From NCBI GenBank assembly GCA_050084515.1, contig CM114271.1, positions 33,108,001-33,172,000 of the forward strand: a DNA stretch of 64,000 nt. Reading direction: 5' to 3'. Of the stretch, positions 13,387-26,182 are shown one piece after another. Position 1 is the stretch's first letter, and every line of letters begins with the position of its first letter. Source of the stretch: Blasia pusilla. Taxonomy: Eukaryota. A program made the position numbers and the translations under genes. Below the pieces are notes generated by a model. That model ran no database searches and had not been told where the DNA came from. It saw only the letters and a program-made list of their open reading frames with translations.

Positions 13387-14683
13387 TTCATGTTCCTGCG
13401 ACCGCAAAGCTGGCTGGTGTGTGAAGAGATGGCTGTCTTGAGGTCTGCTTGCATCAGATCATGATCGGAGTCCGCAATCGAGGCGAGTGTCTGAAACCTG
13501 TGGATCAGATGATCGTGGTGAGATCGGCACTTATTCTTACTCTCTTGGCTTGTCAAGGGAGATCGAAAGCTCGAATTGGTTCGGCCATGCAGGTGGATCA
13601 GGATATAGCAAGATTCGATGTAACTCAAGCAATGCGAGGATATAGTTCGGAAATCGAGCGAAAACATTGAAGCGCTTCGAGCAAAACGAACGAGGACAAT
13701 AATCCAAGGCATTTAATGGAGGCGCTCCACGTCGTGCTGGCCTGATCTTACGGGAAGAACCTTTAGAATAGTCCATTAGGTCCGCGGTAGGATATGCGAT
13801 CCACACCGAAGTTAACAGGTCCATATCTCGATGATTGTGGCTTGGAGCGATCGTGAGCCTCGTGGTCGTCTCATGCATGACGGCAACGACTTCATTAATC
13901 AGGGAGTCTCAAGGGTAAGAGTCTCATTCACCCCAAAGACGAGATGATGACATGTGTATAGCATGCACCTGTGAATTGATTGAACCTTCTTCGTAGTACT
14001 ACAACATGTGAGTGATATGTCGAATGTTTCCAATCCCTCGATCTTTGGATGACTGGACGAATATTGGCAGTATAGTCATTTTTCATGCCCGCCGGCGATA
14101 GCATCATAGCAGGGTATGATGCGTGGGGCCTCCTCTCCTTCTCCCTCTTTACTGCCAACATCACGGCATCCAAACGAGCACCGGAATATCTTTAACCCTG
14201 CTCTGCACTTTCTCCTCAGAATGTTCAACACTATTGCCGCACTCACACAGACATTCGTTGGTAAGACCTTTCGTGGAGTCAAATAGTATATCGAACAGTA
14301 AACGAGTTCCCGTTCGCCGTCTCTCGGAACAGCCAAAACTGCAAGAGTCTCGAATCTCGAAATTCACCGTCTACACCTCCTCGCTCCGCCTCGCAGATGG
14401 AGTTCTTTCATACAGCGTCGTGATGTCTTTGCGGCTGGCTTGTAGCTTTCGTTTCGCTCCTGACGGCAAGTCTCATCCTCCACGTTTCCCAGCGCATGTT
14501 GCGCTCCCATAGAGTAACTGAATTTCTAAAGATTTAGTTGAGGAGGTTGAAGAATTCATCTCCTGCCCGCGACATCTCTAATGGATTACGGCGTTCTTGT
14601 ACGTGTACTGGTGCACTTTCCTCTCCTGCATCACTCATGTAAGAGAAACACACATCACTGATGTAAGAGAAACACGGGGAGCG

Positions 14684-14999
14684 TGTTGTAACATCACTCT
14701 GAAGTCTTCCAATTGAGAACAGATTCTAGACTAGTTCCACACGCAAACCATGAGGTATGTGAACTCTATAAACTCAGAAGTTCAAAAGCTAGAACGAAAC
14801 CCGAAAGAGAGTCCCAACCCGGCTCCACCACCAAAGCCGAGCAGCGTGGTCATTGAGTCACATCTCACTCAAGTAGACCAGGTCACTCACTCATCGAGTG
14901 ATCATTGATCGGCCTTTAAAAGTGACGGTGGCCCATCCCTTCATTCTCCAATTCTTGAATTAGTGGAGGGTCTATCAATGAGATTACACCATTATAACA
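14684..14999 (-). repeat. 3' LTR of the copia element
   Basis: TG...CA termini with inverted ends TGTTGTAA (14684) / TTATAACA (14999), next to the PPT (15001-15010). Confidence 0.65.
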
Positions 15000-15010
15000 A
15001 TCTCCCACTT

Positions 15011-17252
15011 TATTTTTTTTATGAATCCACTTTATTATAAAATAAACCTCAAAAGAGGACAAAGAAAGGTAATAACAATTCAAAAGAGGAGTAAAAAAAT
15101 GCATAAAAGAATGCAAAAAGAAAATGGCAACAAGCCCCACGTAAACACCGGCTCAACGAGCAACACGATTGATTGCCTGAAACAAATCTGACAAGAACAC
15201 GAGTGGTTGGTCAGACGTGAATGGACGCAGGCGGCGACCTCCACCACCTCCGCACGACGTATTAATGCCAAGGCTTGTGCACGTTGTAAGGCCACTCAGA
15301 TGCATTGCCTAAAATAAGTAGTAACAACCGAGAGAGAAGGACTACGGGAAGGGGCAAGGTGATGATTCTCAAGGGAGTGGTCAGCACATGTTTTCAGGAA
15401 AGTATCAAAAGACACATGTAAATGACTGAATACTTCCAGTGCAAACGGAATAAATCCGTCAGTCGCATGTCTCACAACATAACTTAACTCCTTGATTCTT
15501 GCTGCAGCTTCGGCCGCCAAACCTTTGGTATGTGCGGCTCTACACACCAAGTCAAAACGTGTTGGATCAAAGAACCACCACATCACCTAGTGTCCGAATC
15601 CACCTCGAGACATAACAAGATCCACTCTCCGGCGAGAGGTTGCATGTGTGGTTGAAGGTAGGACATGGAGTTGCTCTTGCCCAAAGATGTATCTGCCAGA
15701 CGAGCCACCGATGCTACCGCCTCTCTAATGACATCATGTGTGGCCGTTCGTTCTCCACCATGTGCACATCGGAGAATATGGATACCCTTGGCATCAATGG
15801 GATCCCCGCATACACAATTCGGCACACCTAAGAGAGAAGGATGGTGAAGTCAAGACGAATCGCAAAGTCATCGAGAATATACTTCGAGGAAGACGAAATG
15901 GAAGAATAAGAGGATTTGCAGTAAGCCACGCCCCCGCTCCGATACCCGCACATGAACGTAGACGAGCTCGATTAGCGTCGGAGGATGCCTCTGAGAGAAT
16001 GCAGGTGGTGATGGCCGACGATGAGGGGGTAAATAGGTTGGGGAAGGAGGAGGAGGAAGAGGGGAGATTCGGGTAGAATAGATGGGAGTTGGAAGCAAGG
16101 GCATAGATGAGATATATGTGGGGATGGAAAAGTAGAAGGATTCGGTAATAATGGATCAGGATTAGGCTCAATAGGACAAGGCGAAGAAGGGAGAAGAGGA
16201 GAATCCGGAAGAAATGTAGCGAGTGTAATGGGTGTATTAGCATTTGGAGGAAAAGGGCGAGATCGACGATGAGGAGGTGAACCAAGGGGAGAGGTTATGG
16301 CTGTAGGAGGGCGTGTAAAACCAGATAAGCGAGTAGATGGAGAATCCAACTCTATCTCTGATGACATAGAAGTAAAGGTAGGCAAGTCTCCGAAGACAAG
16401 AAAAGACATACGAAACGTGGTTTGGAGAAAGCATGAGGATAACGAACAAAGCAAAAGTAGTGGAGAGATGAAGATTAGGCAATACCGAATTTATGATTGA
16501 AAGTTATTATAAGAAAAATATATAAAGTAATTGAAAAGGAAAAGTGATGGATATGGTATCGGAAGTGGTGGCTCAAGAATATGAATTTCCAATGTCCTAA
16601 ACGTATGTAGGGGCGAAACAATAAGGTAAGGAGTTGAAAGAGCAAGGAAGACTTTTGGGAGGAATTGACCTAAAACAAAACCGTACACAAAAATAGGCGC
16701 CTACAAAGAAGGAAGAAAAAGTAGAAAATCTACTTGATATCAAAAGAACGAGCTCGCCAAGAAGATCGAAACAGGCCCAAACACGCCCAAAACCGACATT
16801 CAAGAAGAAAGTTATGAAAGAAATTGGAAACACCAAAAAAGAGGATGTGGGGAGTAAGTGAGCCACCCACCAATGACCGCTATGAGGGAATGAGTTCGTA
16901 ATGTTGGGCCCAGCCCATATCAAAAGATCCAGAAAAGCAAGAGGAATCCCTTAAACCGATGGTAACCCGGTATCACTCTATAAGGAGAGCGTTATGTTTG
17001 AAATTGCGTATAGGAATCTATGAGCACATTTAGGAGAGAAGGAGGTCCAAATATCCCAAGAACTTTGGAAATCTCAATCTTAAGTGGAAAAAAGAAGAAC
17101 CCAAAGTTCAAGCTTGAGAAGATGAACACATTGGGCCTTAAATTGAAAATATTGGATCACCATGGAAATAGTTACAAACAAAATTCTAAACGTCCGCCAT
17201 AGTCTTCCTCCATAGTCCTCCTCCTCCTCAAGAGCAAGCATTTCGAACCTTG
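15011..17252 (-). mobile_element. Internally deleted (non-autonomous) CRE-like RLE non-LTR retrotransposon, copy 1
   Basis: Colinear with 41950-46400 but lacks 42937-45154 (junction 16002/16003). It keeps the 5' UTR, the Pro-rich N-terminus, the CCHC knuckle and RVD..D..K nuclease remnants, and an A-rich tail (15011-15020). Flanked by direct repeat TCCCACTT (15003-15010, 17253-17260). Confidence 0.88.
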
Positions 17253-18283
17253 TCCCACTTGGATTCTAATGGGACAAGGGTCTCCAATTTGTCGAAATGA
17301 CTTGGAAGCAATTAGAGATGAACACAATTCCAACTTCTTGATTGGATGTACCTTGGTAAACATTCTTACATGTAGGAAAAGATACTGCAATTGAGTCCCA
17401 ATTGTAGCTATGGCAACAACATGCCATCCTCCCAAAATGAGGGTATGAAAAGATATTGCAATTGACTTTGCTTCATTTTAAAATGAAATGCGACTTTCTT
17501 TGCTTGATGAATAGCACTTTGAGTGTCACTAGACATCTTGCTATTATGTTTTCCCTTTCCGAATTCATCCAATAAACTTTGTAACCAGGTCATTTCCTTG
17601 CTAGCCTCTATAGTGCTTCTATGATTGAAAGAGCTACAATCTTTTGTAAATGTAAGACCCAACTCGAAGTAGCGATGTCAAAGGTATAGATCTATCTTGT
17701 ACCGCTTCTCCTAATGTAAATATCCCCTACCAGGTCTGAGTTCACATACTCATGTAAGATAATCTTTGAGCCCCCAAAACAAAGTGCCTTGTCATAAGTA
17801 CTCCTCCAATACATAAGAATCCACTTTATTTCCTCTCTATGATGTTTTATGGATTACTCATCAATCTGCCAAATACTCTCAATGCATATATAAGACTTAG
17901 TTATGTTTGGTCTTGCACACATCATAACATACATCAAACTTCACACAACGAAAGCATAGGATATTAAGAGGTTCAACGTTTTCGCTATGTGATCTCAAAC
18001 TCCACATATTCTCAAGGTTCAACAAGTGGAGTTGGAGGTTCAACCTTTTTGCTACATATTGATCCCAGCGCAATCTTGAGAAACATATTCTCAAGGTTGC
18101 TCTTAGATGAAGTTTGTGACTCCGCATTTGTGGGCATGTCCATGGACTTAAGTCCATCCTATTGAAGGACTTGTCTATGTGGATCCCATCTCCACTCCCT
18201 TCTCATCCCCCCACTAATCCCTACATATTATTTCTACTTTACTAACTTCCTTGTAGAATTTTTCAAATATTTTGTACCATTGT

Positions 18284-19294
18284 TGTCGTGCGCCTACTCC
18301 TCTTGAACGTCAGTCTCAAACGTTGCGGAAGTGTAGTTTTAGTAGGTCATGCTAACTTTGCTGATCTGCACCCAAACACACTCTCATTAGTCGTGGTTTA
18401 AGTCAATCATCCTTCCAATTCCATGAGTTCTGAACTCGGGCTATTCATCAATCTCAATAGGTCCTAACTCCTCACTTCCCAACAAGGGCAAGTCTTCCTA
18501 GACTTGGGACAAACTTTCTGGACAAGCTAGGCACCTAAAGCTGCATTTGCATGCTTAGTTGTCCCAACTTTCCGATAGACCTCACATAAGTCCCTAACTG
18601 ATACCCAAAAAATGAGTCACAGGTTGGAATGCAAGCGTGACCTTCAAAATCCACTCACTTAGACTTGGCTTGGTGTTCGCATCCCAACAACAATCTCCCG
18701 TTCCATTCCATGCCCTTGGTTTGCCCCGCGGCTCCCCAAAGTGGAGTTTTGGTCCCAAGCATCCTTGGAGACCCTCCCTCTTACATATACTTATGGGGTT
18801 CTCCACCCTCCCCTTAACTTTGGGAAAGTACTCTTGGGCCGCTCATTTTGGTCCTTAAACCAAATGTCCTTCAAATTATTTTTGGGTAGTTTCTCGGTCT
18901 CTGCTTATGTGTTTTTCAAGATCTTTGATGCGTTGGAATTTTTCTTTTTGTAAGCTTTCCAACGTCTTCTTACTTATGCCAAATTTATGTTGAGTCTTGT
19001 TGTTATGATCAAAACCATAGTACAATCCCAAACGCTTGTCAAGTTCCAAGTCCGGGTCTAATCCTCTTTGGCAAGCCACTCTTCTTAGCCCGGACTTCTC
19101 TCAAGCCTCGGCTCAAATTTGGTCCAGGTCTCCCGAGTCGCGACTATTAACACATGAAATGCTCAATCTTGCTCGTGTCTTATATCTCATGTCTCCTTCA
19201 AGATACTTCTCTTCGACGCGCACCATCCTAGTGTGAGCTTACTAGAGTCATGATGTTTTGCATTGACACACATTTGGTTATGAGGGTCACGATA
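18284..19294 (-). mobile_element. Solo LTR of the gypsy family, nested in copia
   Basis: Ends match the reverse complement of the LTR at 22378-23406 (TGTCGTGCGCCTACTC... at 18284; TTTGGTTATGAGGGTCACGATA ending 19294). TSD degenerate. Confidence 0.75.
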
Positions 19295-20559
19295 CTTATC
19301 TTGGTGCCTACCTTATACCCTATAAGATCCTTTTAAGCTTATACACCATCCCGAATTTCCCTTGGAACACATATTGCTATGGCTATAGTATGTATAATTC
19401 CTCCTCTGAATCACATTGAAGGAAAGTTATTTTCACATCTTATTACAAGTCGTCCACGAGTAGTATGCCCAATACTACTATGATAGTAGTCATATTAATA
19501 ACTAGGGATAAGATCTTAGTATAATGAATACCCTCCTTTTGCTAAAATCCCCTTCTGTCTGACTAATCTTGCTTCGTAGCGTTTGTTGCCATCATATTTC
19601 TTTTCCAACCGATAAACCCACTTGTTATGGAGACCTTCTTTTCTGTTAGATAGCTTAGCAAAATCCCATGTTTTATTGGATATGAGAAATTTCATCTCAT
19701 CATCCATGACTACTTGGTAGAATCACGTGCCTACAAAGGCTATTCATAGGTCTGAGTTCCCCACTATGTATCAACAAAAATAATACAACCAAGGAATATT
19801 TTTGTGTTGTAATTCCTCTACTTATCTTAGAAGGTATCCTAAATTGTATAATTGATGTATGCAGCTCTTCTTCTTGTTTATATCCACTTCAATAAGACTC
19901 TTCTCAACTTGCATATCAACCTCATAGTCACTTCCTAACTCTTCCAACTAAGTTCCTGAATTTTCATCATTTAAATTTATCTTAATCCCATCCTTTAAGA
20001 TGGAGAATCCATTTAAAAAAGAAGAAGAACATATGGCATGATTTTAAAAGAGAAGGATCCCAAATGAGTTTGGGATCAATCCCATTTTCATTTTTCTTGG
20101 ATATCCAACACAAACTCAATAAGGTATGTCATTTTTCCCTAGATTGTTCAAAGTGTTTTTCTAATCCATGTAGGGCGGATATTTTTTCCCAAGCCTGTTG
20201 TGTGGCATCCAAGTAGAAGTCCAAGTATGGTAGCTCAAAGGTTCTTTCTGTTAAAGATATAATCCCTGCAACAAGCTTTTTCGTGGACGTGGTAAAGCTA
20301 GATAACTCTCTAGGTCTCCCACTTTGCATGTGAATAATACTCTATTTGCAACATCTGGGGACAAACATCTTCCCACATAGGCGAGATATTTGAAATTCGC
20401 TAAAGGTTTTTCTTACCCCCTTGGGATGGATAAGAGACAAAAAATTGGGTAATTACCCATTTCAATTTTGTGTTGGAGAAAGGGAAAATCCCATGAGAAC
20501 TCCATGTTCAAATGTCTTGGTGGTTTCTTGGAGGGCCTAGAATACTACAATCAGACATA

Positions 20560-21420
20560 GTTTGTGAGTGGAGGAGTTACAATGGAGCCATATTAGAATC
20601 ACTTTGGACTCGCTAACTCAAGGATTGGACCAAAAAAGTGCAACTACAACGCGGCTAGGAAGTTCTTTTTTCTTACACTCACAAGTCCATCACAAAATGT
20701 GACAAACTTTTAGATACTTGTAAATAATTTGGAAAAATTTTGCAACTTTGAAATCATTGGCAGGTGATTACTAGTTTACGGAGTTGCAAATAAGTCACAA
20801 AAAGTGACTTGCAAATGACTCACAAACTAATCAAAAAATGTTCCTACGAAAGTTACCAAAAAGTTGCAAAGTGGCTTCAAGTAGTAGCTTTTTGCACTAA
20901 CAAAATATTTTTTTCCCGTACTTTCTTGTTTGGTTGACTCTTTCCTTTTTTTTACACAATATTTCACGGAGGATTTGAATCATTCCCAAAAAAATTCTTA
21001 GGGATGGATTTTCTTCTTCTTATTTATTTCTTATAGTTACAAATCAATAATTTTGGAAAAAATATGTAATACTATGAGCTTCACTCATGTACAAATCCTT
21101 TAACATAAAAAAACAAGTTCCCACCGAGAAAATCAAGACTTAACTCCACCATAGAAAGAAACAAGTTGCAAAGAGAGGAAAATAAAAAAAGGAAAAAATT
21201 AGAGATAACATAAAAATTTATAGCTAAGTTTTCCATTTTGGGACTCACAAGGGGCGAGTCTTTTTTGATTGCAATGCAAGCTCCCAGACTCGCAAAGTCT
21301 AACCTTGCAATCACATTTGCAAGTATGTTGTGAGCTTAATGCGAGTCACCATAGTTGCAACAATAGAACAACTATTTGGACTTGCAAACCAACATTAAGT
21401 CCCATAAAGTGGATGCACAA
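20560..21420 (-). repeat. Repeat family A, copy 3
   Basis: Colinear with 11990-12970 (GGTGATT..., GTTGCAAATAAGT, ATGAGCTTCACT, AAGACTTAACTCCACCATAGAAAGAAAC). Confidence 0.55.
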
Positions 21421-22175
21421 ATTAGAAAGCATGGGTCCACGGTGGGCTCATAATGTAGCTGCTCTTGGAAGAAATGGACTCGCAATGGAACTGCATCAAC
21501 ACCTCAATTCCCAATAGTGCTAGCTCTATTTGGCTCGAAGTTGCTCTTCATCGAGAGTGGAAACTCAATGAGGGGCGGATAAGGAGGATTATAGTCAACT
21601 CGGGAGGAAGTTTGTTGGACATCCAAAACAAGGGTGGACATGCATCTTGAACAAGACTTGTACTACTATGTGTGCAACCATGCAACGTCCAATCAAGGCT
21701 CAGCTATTGCCAAAATAATTTTGTTTTAATGGGAATCCATAATTAAAAAACACAATAAATTAGATTTTCGTAAGATCTTGAATTTTTTACTGGTATTCAC
21801 AAATTTTTGGACCGAAATCGCTCTGAGTCGTAAATTTTCTAAAGTTACCACCAAAGCTTTGTGTCCAATATCTTATTTTATTCTTAATTATTTTTTATAC
21901 ACTAAGAAAATAATATTTGTTATTGCTTCATAACTAGATTGAGTTTCTACGGTGAGGGCATTATGTAGCAGATTTGGGAGGAGATGGTTTCCATGGACAT
22001 AGTAAGGCATGCTTCCATGTGGTAGGTCATCTAGTATGTATGCATTTAGTGGATTTTAACTAGTTCTAAGGAGCATTAAACATTTGTGCTCATGAATATA
22101 TCCTTTAAAAAAAATCTCACCAAATTAATAGAAAAGCTACATTCCCACATTTCACATAAAGTTTTCAAAAGAGGG

Positions 22176-22381
<206 letters not shown>

Positions 22382-23408
22382 CGACCCTCATAACCAAACA
22401 ACACCTAAAAGGCGCCAAGCGAAACATCAGAACTCAAGTGAACTCACGCTGCGAGGTTTGCTCTTTGGAGAGGCGTTTGGAAAAGTCTCTTGGAAAATTT
22501 TAAGAGACGAAACGCGGAACATGATTGTGCGTTTCATGCGTTAGTGGTCGTGACCGGGAAACCTAGACCAAACGCAAACCAAGACTTGAGATGAGTTGAG
22601 TCTTGGGAGGTTGGTTGCCAAAGAGGTGAGAACCAATTTGGAACACGACTAGCGTTTGGGAGAATCTGACTGTGTTTAGGACCATAACGTTGAGCTCCAA
22701 GATGCGTTCGGGACAAGTAAGGGCGCGTTGGAAATTTGATCTTCAGACGCTTCCAACACATCAAAGATCTTAGCAAACGCATTAGTACAGACTGAGATAT
22801 TGGCCAAAAACGATTGAAAGAGCAATCGGGTTGAGGGCCAATTGGAGAGGCCCGGGTGTCTTTCCCTGAATGTAGGAGGCCCCAGAGATCCCCAGAAGTA
22901 CTAGTAAGGGAGGAGTCTCTCTGAGATGTCTCAGAACACAAATCCCCACTTTGGGCGCCAAACGGCGTTTCAGAGGCACGGGATGGAACGGGAGTTTGGC
23001 GTTGGAACTCGAAACCCAAACCTGATCCAAGGGAGTGGACTTTATACACCACACTTGGTTTCCAACCCGAGATTAACTTTGTGCGAGTCTTGGTGAGGAA
23101 CTCATTGGATGTCCATCGGACAGTTGGAACCGCTAGGCACGAAACGCCGTTTCAGGTTCCTGAACCGACCAGAAAGTCTGTCCCAAGTCTTTCGAGATTT
23201 TCCCGTGTTGTAAACCGCGAAACTAGGAAGGTTGAGCTTGATGAGAGTGCGAGACGAGAACTCGGAAAGTAATCCCGCTGATTGATCCAAGACCCGACTA
23301 ACCAAAGTGCGTGTTTGGATGCAGATCAGCGTTGAGAGCGTGACCTACTGAATGCACGCTTCTGCAATAAACAAGATTAACGTTCAAGAAGAGTAGGCGC
23401 ACGACACG

Positions 23409-23420
23409 TGGTATCAGAGC
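23409..23420 (+). promoter_or_regulatory. Primer-binding site complementary to initiator tRNA-Met
   Basis: TGGTATCAGAGC starts 2 nt after the LTR and is complementary to the 3' end (+CCA) of the tRNA gene at 29855-29926. Confidence 0.92.
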
Positions 23421-23556
23421 TTATCCTTGATGAGCGTGAACTTGGGGTCGTTGAAGATCTGGACGTTTGGGGAGAACTCAAGGTAGCCGGAAGACCGCGA
23501 CGCCGAGGAGGAACGCAAGAGGCGAGGAGGAGATTTGAGAAAGCGAAGACTCGCAA

Positions 23557-25718
23557 ATGGCAACCAAAGGCGAAGAACCAAGGAAACCGCAAGTCAAAGC
23601 AAAAAAGCCGAGAGACGAATCAATGATGGACCGAGAGCCAGAGGTGGAATTTGTGACTCCCGAAGTGCCGAGTCCCGGACATGAGGATGTTCCAACCGAA
23701 AGTCTTTCCGCGGGACCTTCGGTTCCAAACTTAAACGATCCGGCCTTTTATATCCAAATGATGGGATTGATGAAGGTGATGGCAGACCAGATGGCCAAAC
23801 AGAGCAAGGTGATATTGGAATTCAAGTCAAATGGAGCCTCTAGTTCCGGCAAGAAGCTTTGTAAGACAAATTTGCCAACGCCATTCACAGGAATGGGGTG
23901 TTCTCGGAAAGTGAGTGAGTTTCTAACGGAACTCGAACTTTATTTCGAAGCGCAAAAGGCAGATGAATAAGACAAAGTGACTGTAGCGGTCACGTCTCCA
24001 TTGGTGGACGGCTCACCATAAAGAACATCTAGGTCGTGGGAAAACGTTGAGTTGGGAAGATTTCAAGGAGTTGATTGGGAACCAATTCACTCCGGAATAT
24101 CAGGAGTATCGCGATAGCATGGAGGTTGTGAGGTTGCGCCAGAGTGGATCCCTTGGCGCTTATGTGCGAGAGTTTAGTGCACTCATGAGTTCACTTTCCA
24201 CGGATGAACATACGAAAAAGGTGATCTTCTAAGTGGACTCAAACTGAGTGCCGAAAAGGCCCTCTTTCGTATGCCTCACATCCCAGAGATGTGCGCGGAT
24301 CTTCTGAGACTAGTAGAGCGGATTGGGGACGATGAAGTCCAACACCCGAAACCCTTTGAGCCAAAAAGTTTTTCTAAGTTACCGAAAAACAAAGGGACAT
24401 CCAAGAGGGTTTGGAATGGGGGTGAGCGCGACCACGCAGGGTCTCTTGCCCCAGCAGCAAAACGAGTGGAACTCAACGCGAAGCCAAGAGGGCCGCCGTT
24501 CACGAAGTCAACGAATGCCAAAGTGATTTGCTACAACTGTGGCAAACCCCGCCATATGGCTAAGGAATGTGTTAGGCCCAAGGTTAGTAAACCGAGTATG
24601 ATTGCGTTTGCCGCTAAGCACTTATCGGAGGGAGATCTAGATACATCTCTCGAAGTCACCAAGAGAACACCCAATTTGGTTTACCTAGGATCCAGGATCG
24701 CTTATCGCAATGTGATGTTGCTCGTTGATACAAGAGCTTCGCACTCATCCTTGAGTCCAAGAATCGTGAAAACGTTGGGATTGCCAACCACCAAGGCGGA
24801 TGAACCCATTAGGGTAGGATTCGCGGGAGGCAAGTCCCACCAAACTTCAGATCTGGTTTTAGGGCTAGTTGTGGGATGCAGAGTATTTGAGTTGAAGGAG
24901 AATTTCACAGTTTGCGACATGGACGGTATCGACGGAGTCTTGGGGAACACGTTCTTGGATGCGTATGAGGTGGAACTGAGGCGAAGACCTTTGAGGTTGA
25001 GCATATTGGTTAACGGAAAACGGACGGACGTCAGATTGGTTTGCAAGGTTCCTAGGAAGATGGAGTTGGTGAACGCCATCACGAGGACGAGTTTGGCCGA
25101 GTTAGAGGAAGGATTCCTTTGCTTGATGAGACAAGTAGAGGATGATGCAAGTGTGAGATGCAGAGATCAGAAATCAGCTTCAAGGGGAATCCCTGAAACA
25201 CTCAAGAGAGTTATGAAAGAATTTGGAGATGCGTTGAATAAGGAGCTTCGGACTGAGTTGCCACCACATAGGGCGGTTGATCATAAGATTGAGGTGATAC
25301 CCGGATCTCAACCACCTTCAAAAGCACCATATAGGTTGAATCAAGAGGAACTTGCTGAGTTGAAGAAATAGTTGGTTGACCTCCTAGAGAGGGGTTACAT
25401 CCGAACAAGCAAGTCACCTTATGGGGCGCCCGTCCTCTTTGTAAAGAAGAAGGATGGGAAGTTGAGACTCTGTGTTGATTATCGGGCGCTGAATAAAGTG
25501 ACAGTAAGGAACAATTATCCTCTACCAAGGATAGATGACCTCTTTGATCGATTGTCGGGTGCCAAGTATTTCAGCCGGATTGACCTGAAATCAGGATCTT
25601 ATCAGATTCGGATTGCCGAGGCGGATGTAGAGAAGACTGCGTGTAGAACGAGATACGGTTCGTTCGAGTTTGTGGTGATGCCTTTCGGTCTTTGTAATGC
25701 GTCTCCGACGTTCACGAG
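23557..25718 (+). pseudogene. gag-pol pseudogene (gag, CCHC knuckle, aspartic protease, partial RT)
   Basis: ORF pieces 23557-23970, 24047-24232, 24271-25371 and 25372-25718 are separated by stops or frameshifts. RT is cut off before YxDD. Confidence 0.88.
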
Positions 25719-26052
25719 AAACAAGATTAACGTTCAAGGAGAGTAGGCGCACGACACGGAGACAGGACATGACAACAGAAGGGTTGACCTATTTATTATC
25801 TTTTTCCAAAATGATAATTTTCTAGATACAACTCATTTTATGCCAATGTCGCCAATGAATGTGATTGGATGACTTCTTCTCTTAAAAGCAAGTGATAAGC
25901 ATTTGTTGAAAGGAAGTTGTTGTAATTTATGGGAGTTCACGACTGAAAAACACACCAGATTAGATGTGAAAGCTCTATATGAGGACAAACATATGATAGT
26001 TGAAGAGGAGGAACATGCATATCTTCATTTGTACGTTCCGTCGAAAAGTACA

Positions 26053-26174
<122 letters not shown>

Positions 26175-26182
26175 TTCATCAA

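Larger units (their letters stand above)
14684..19990 (-). mobile_element. Degenerate, 5'-truncated Ty1/copia LTR retrotransposon with nested insertions
   Basis: Copia RT start MDDEMKFLISNKTWD...KWVY...RYEARLV (19516-19707). RNase H motifs SDTQSAIHQAKKVAFH and MFTK (17300-17660). PPT AAGTGGGAGA on the - strand abuts the LTR. Right boundary approximate. Confidence 0.8.

Noticed and set aside
15990-16010. Deletion in CRE copy 1 as a spliced-out intron
   Set aside because: An AG lies near the 3' breakpoint, but there is no GT/GC donor at the 5' breakpoint.
17818-17830. AATCCACTTTATT matching the CRE 3' end
   Set aside because: It lies in copia coding sequence (IKWIL motif on the - strand), and the match does not extend.
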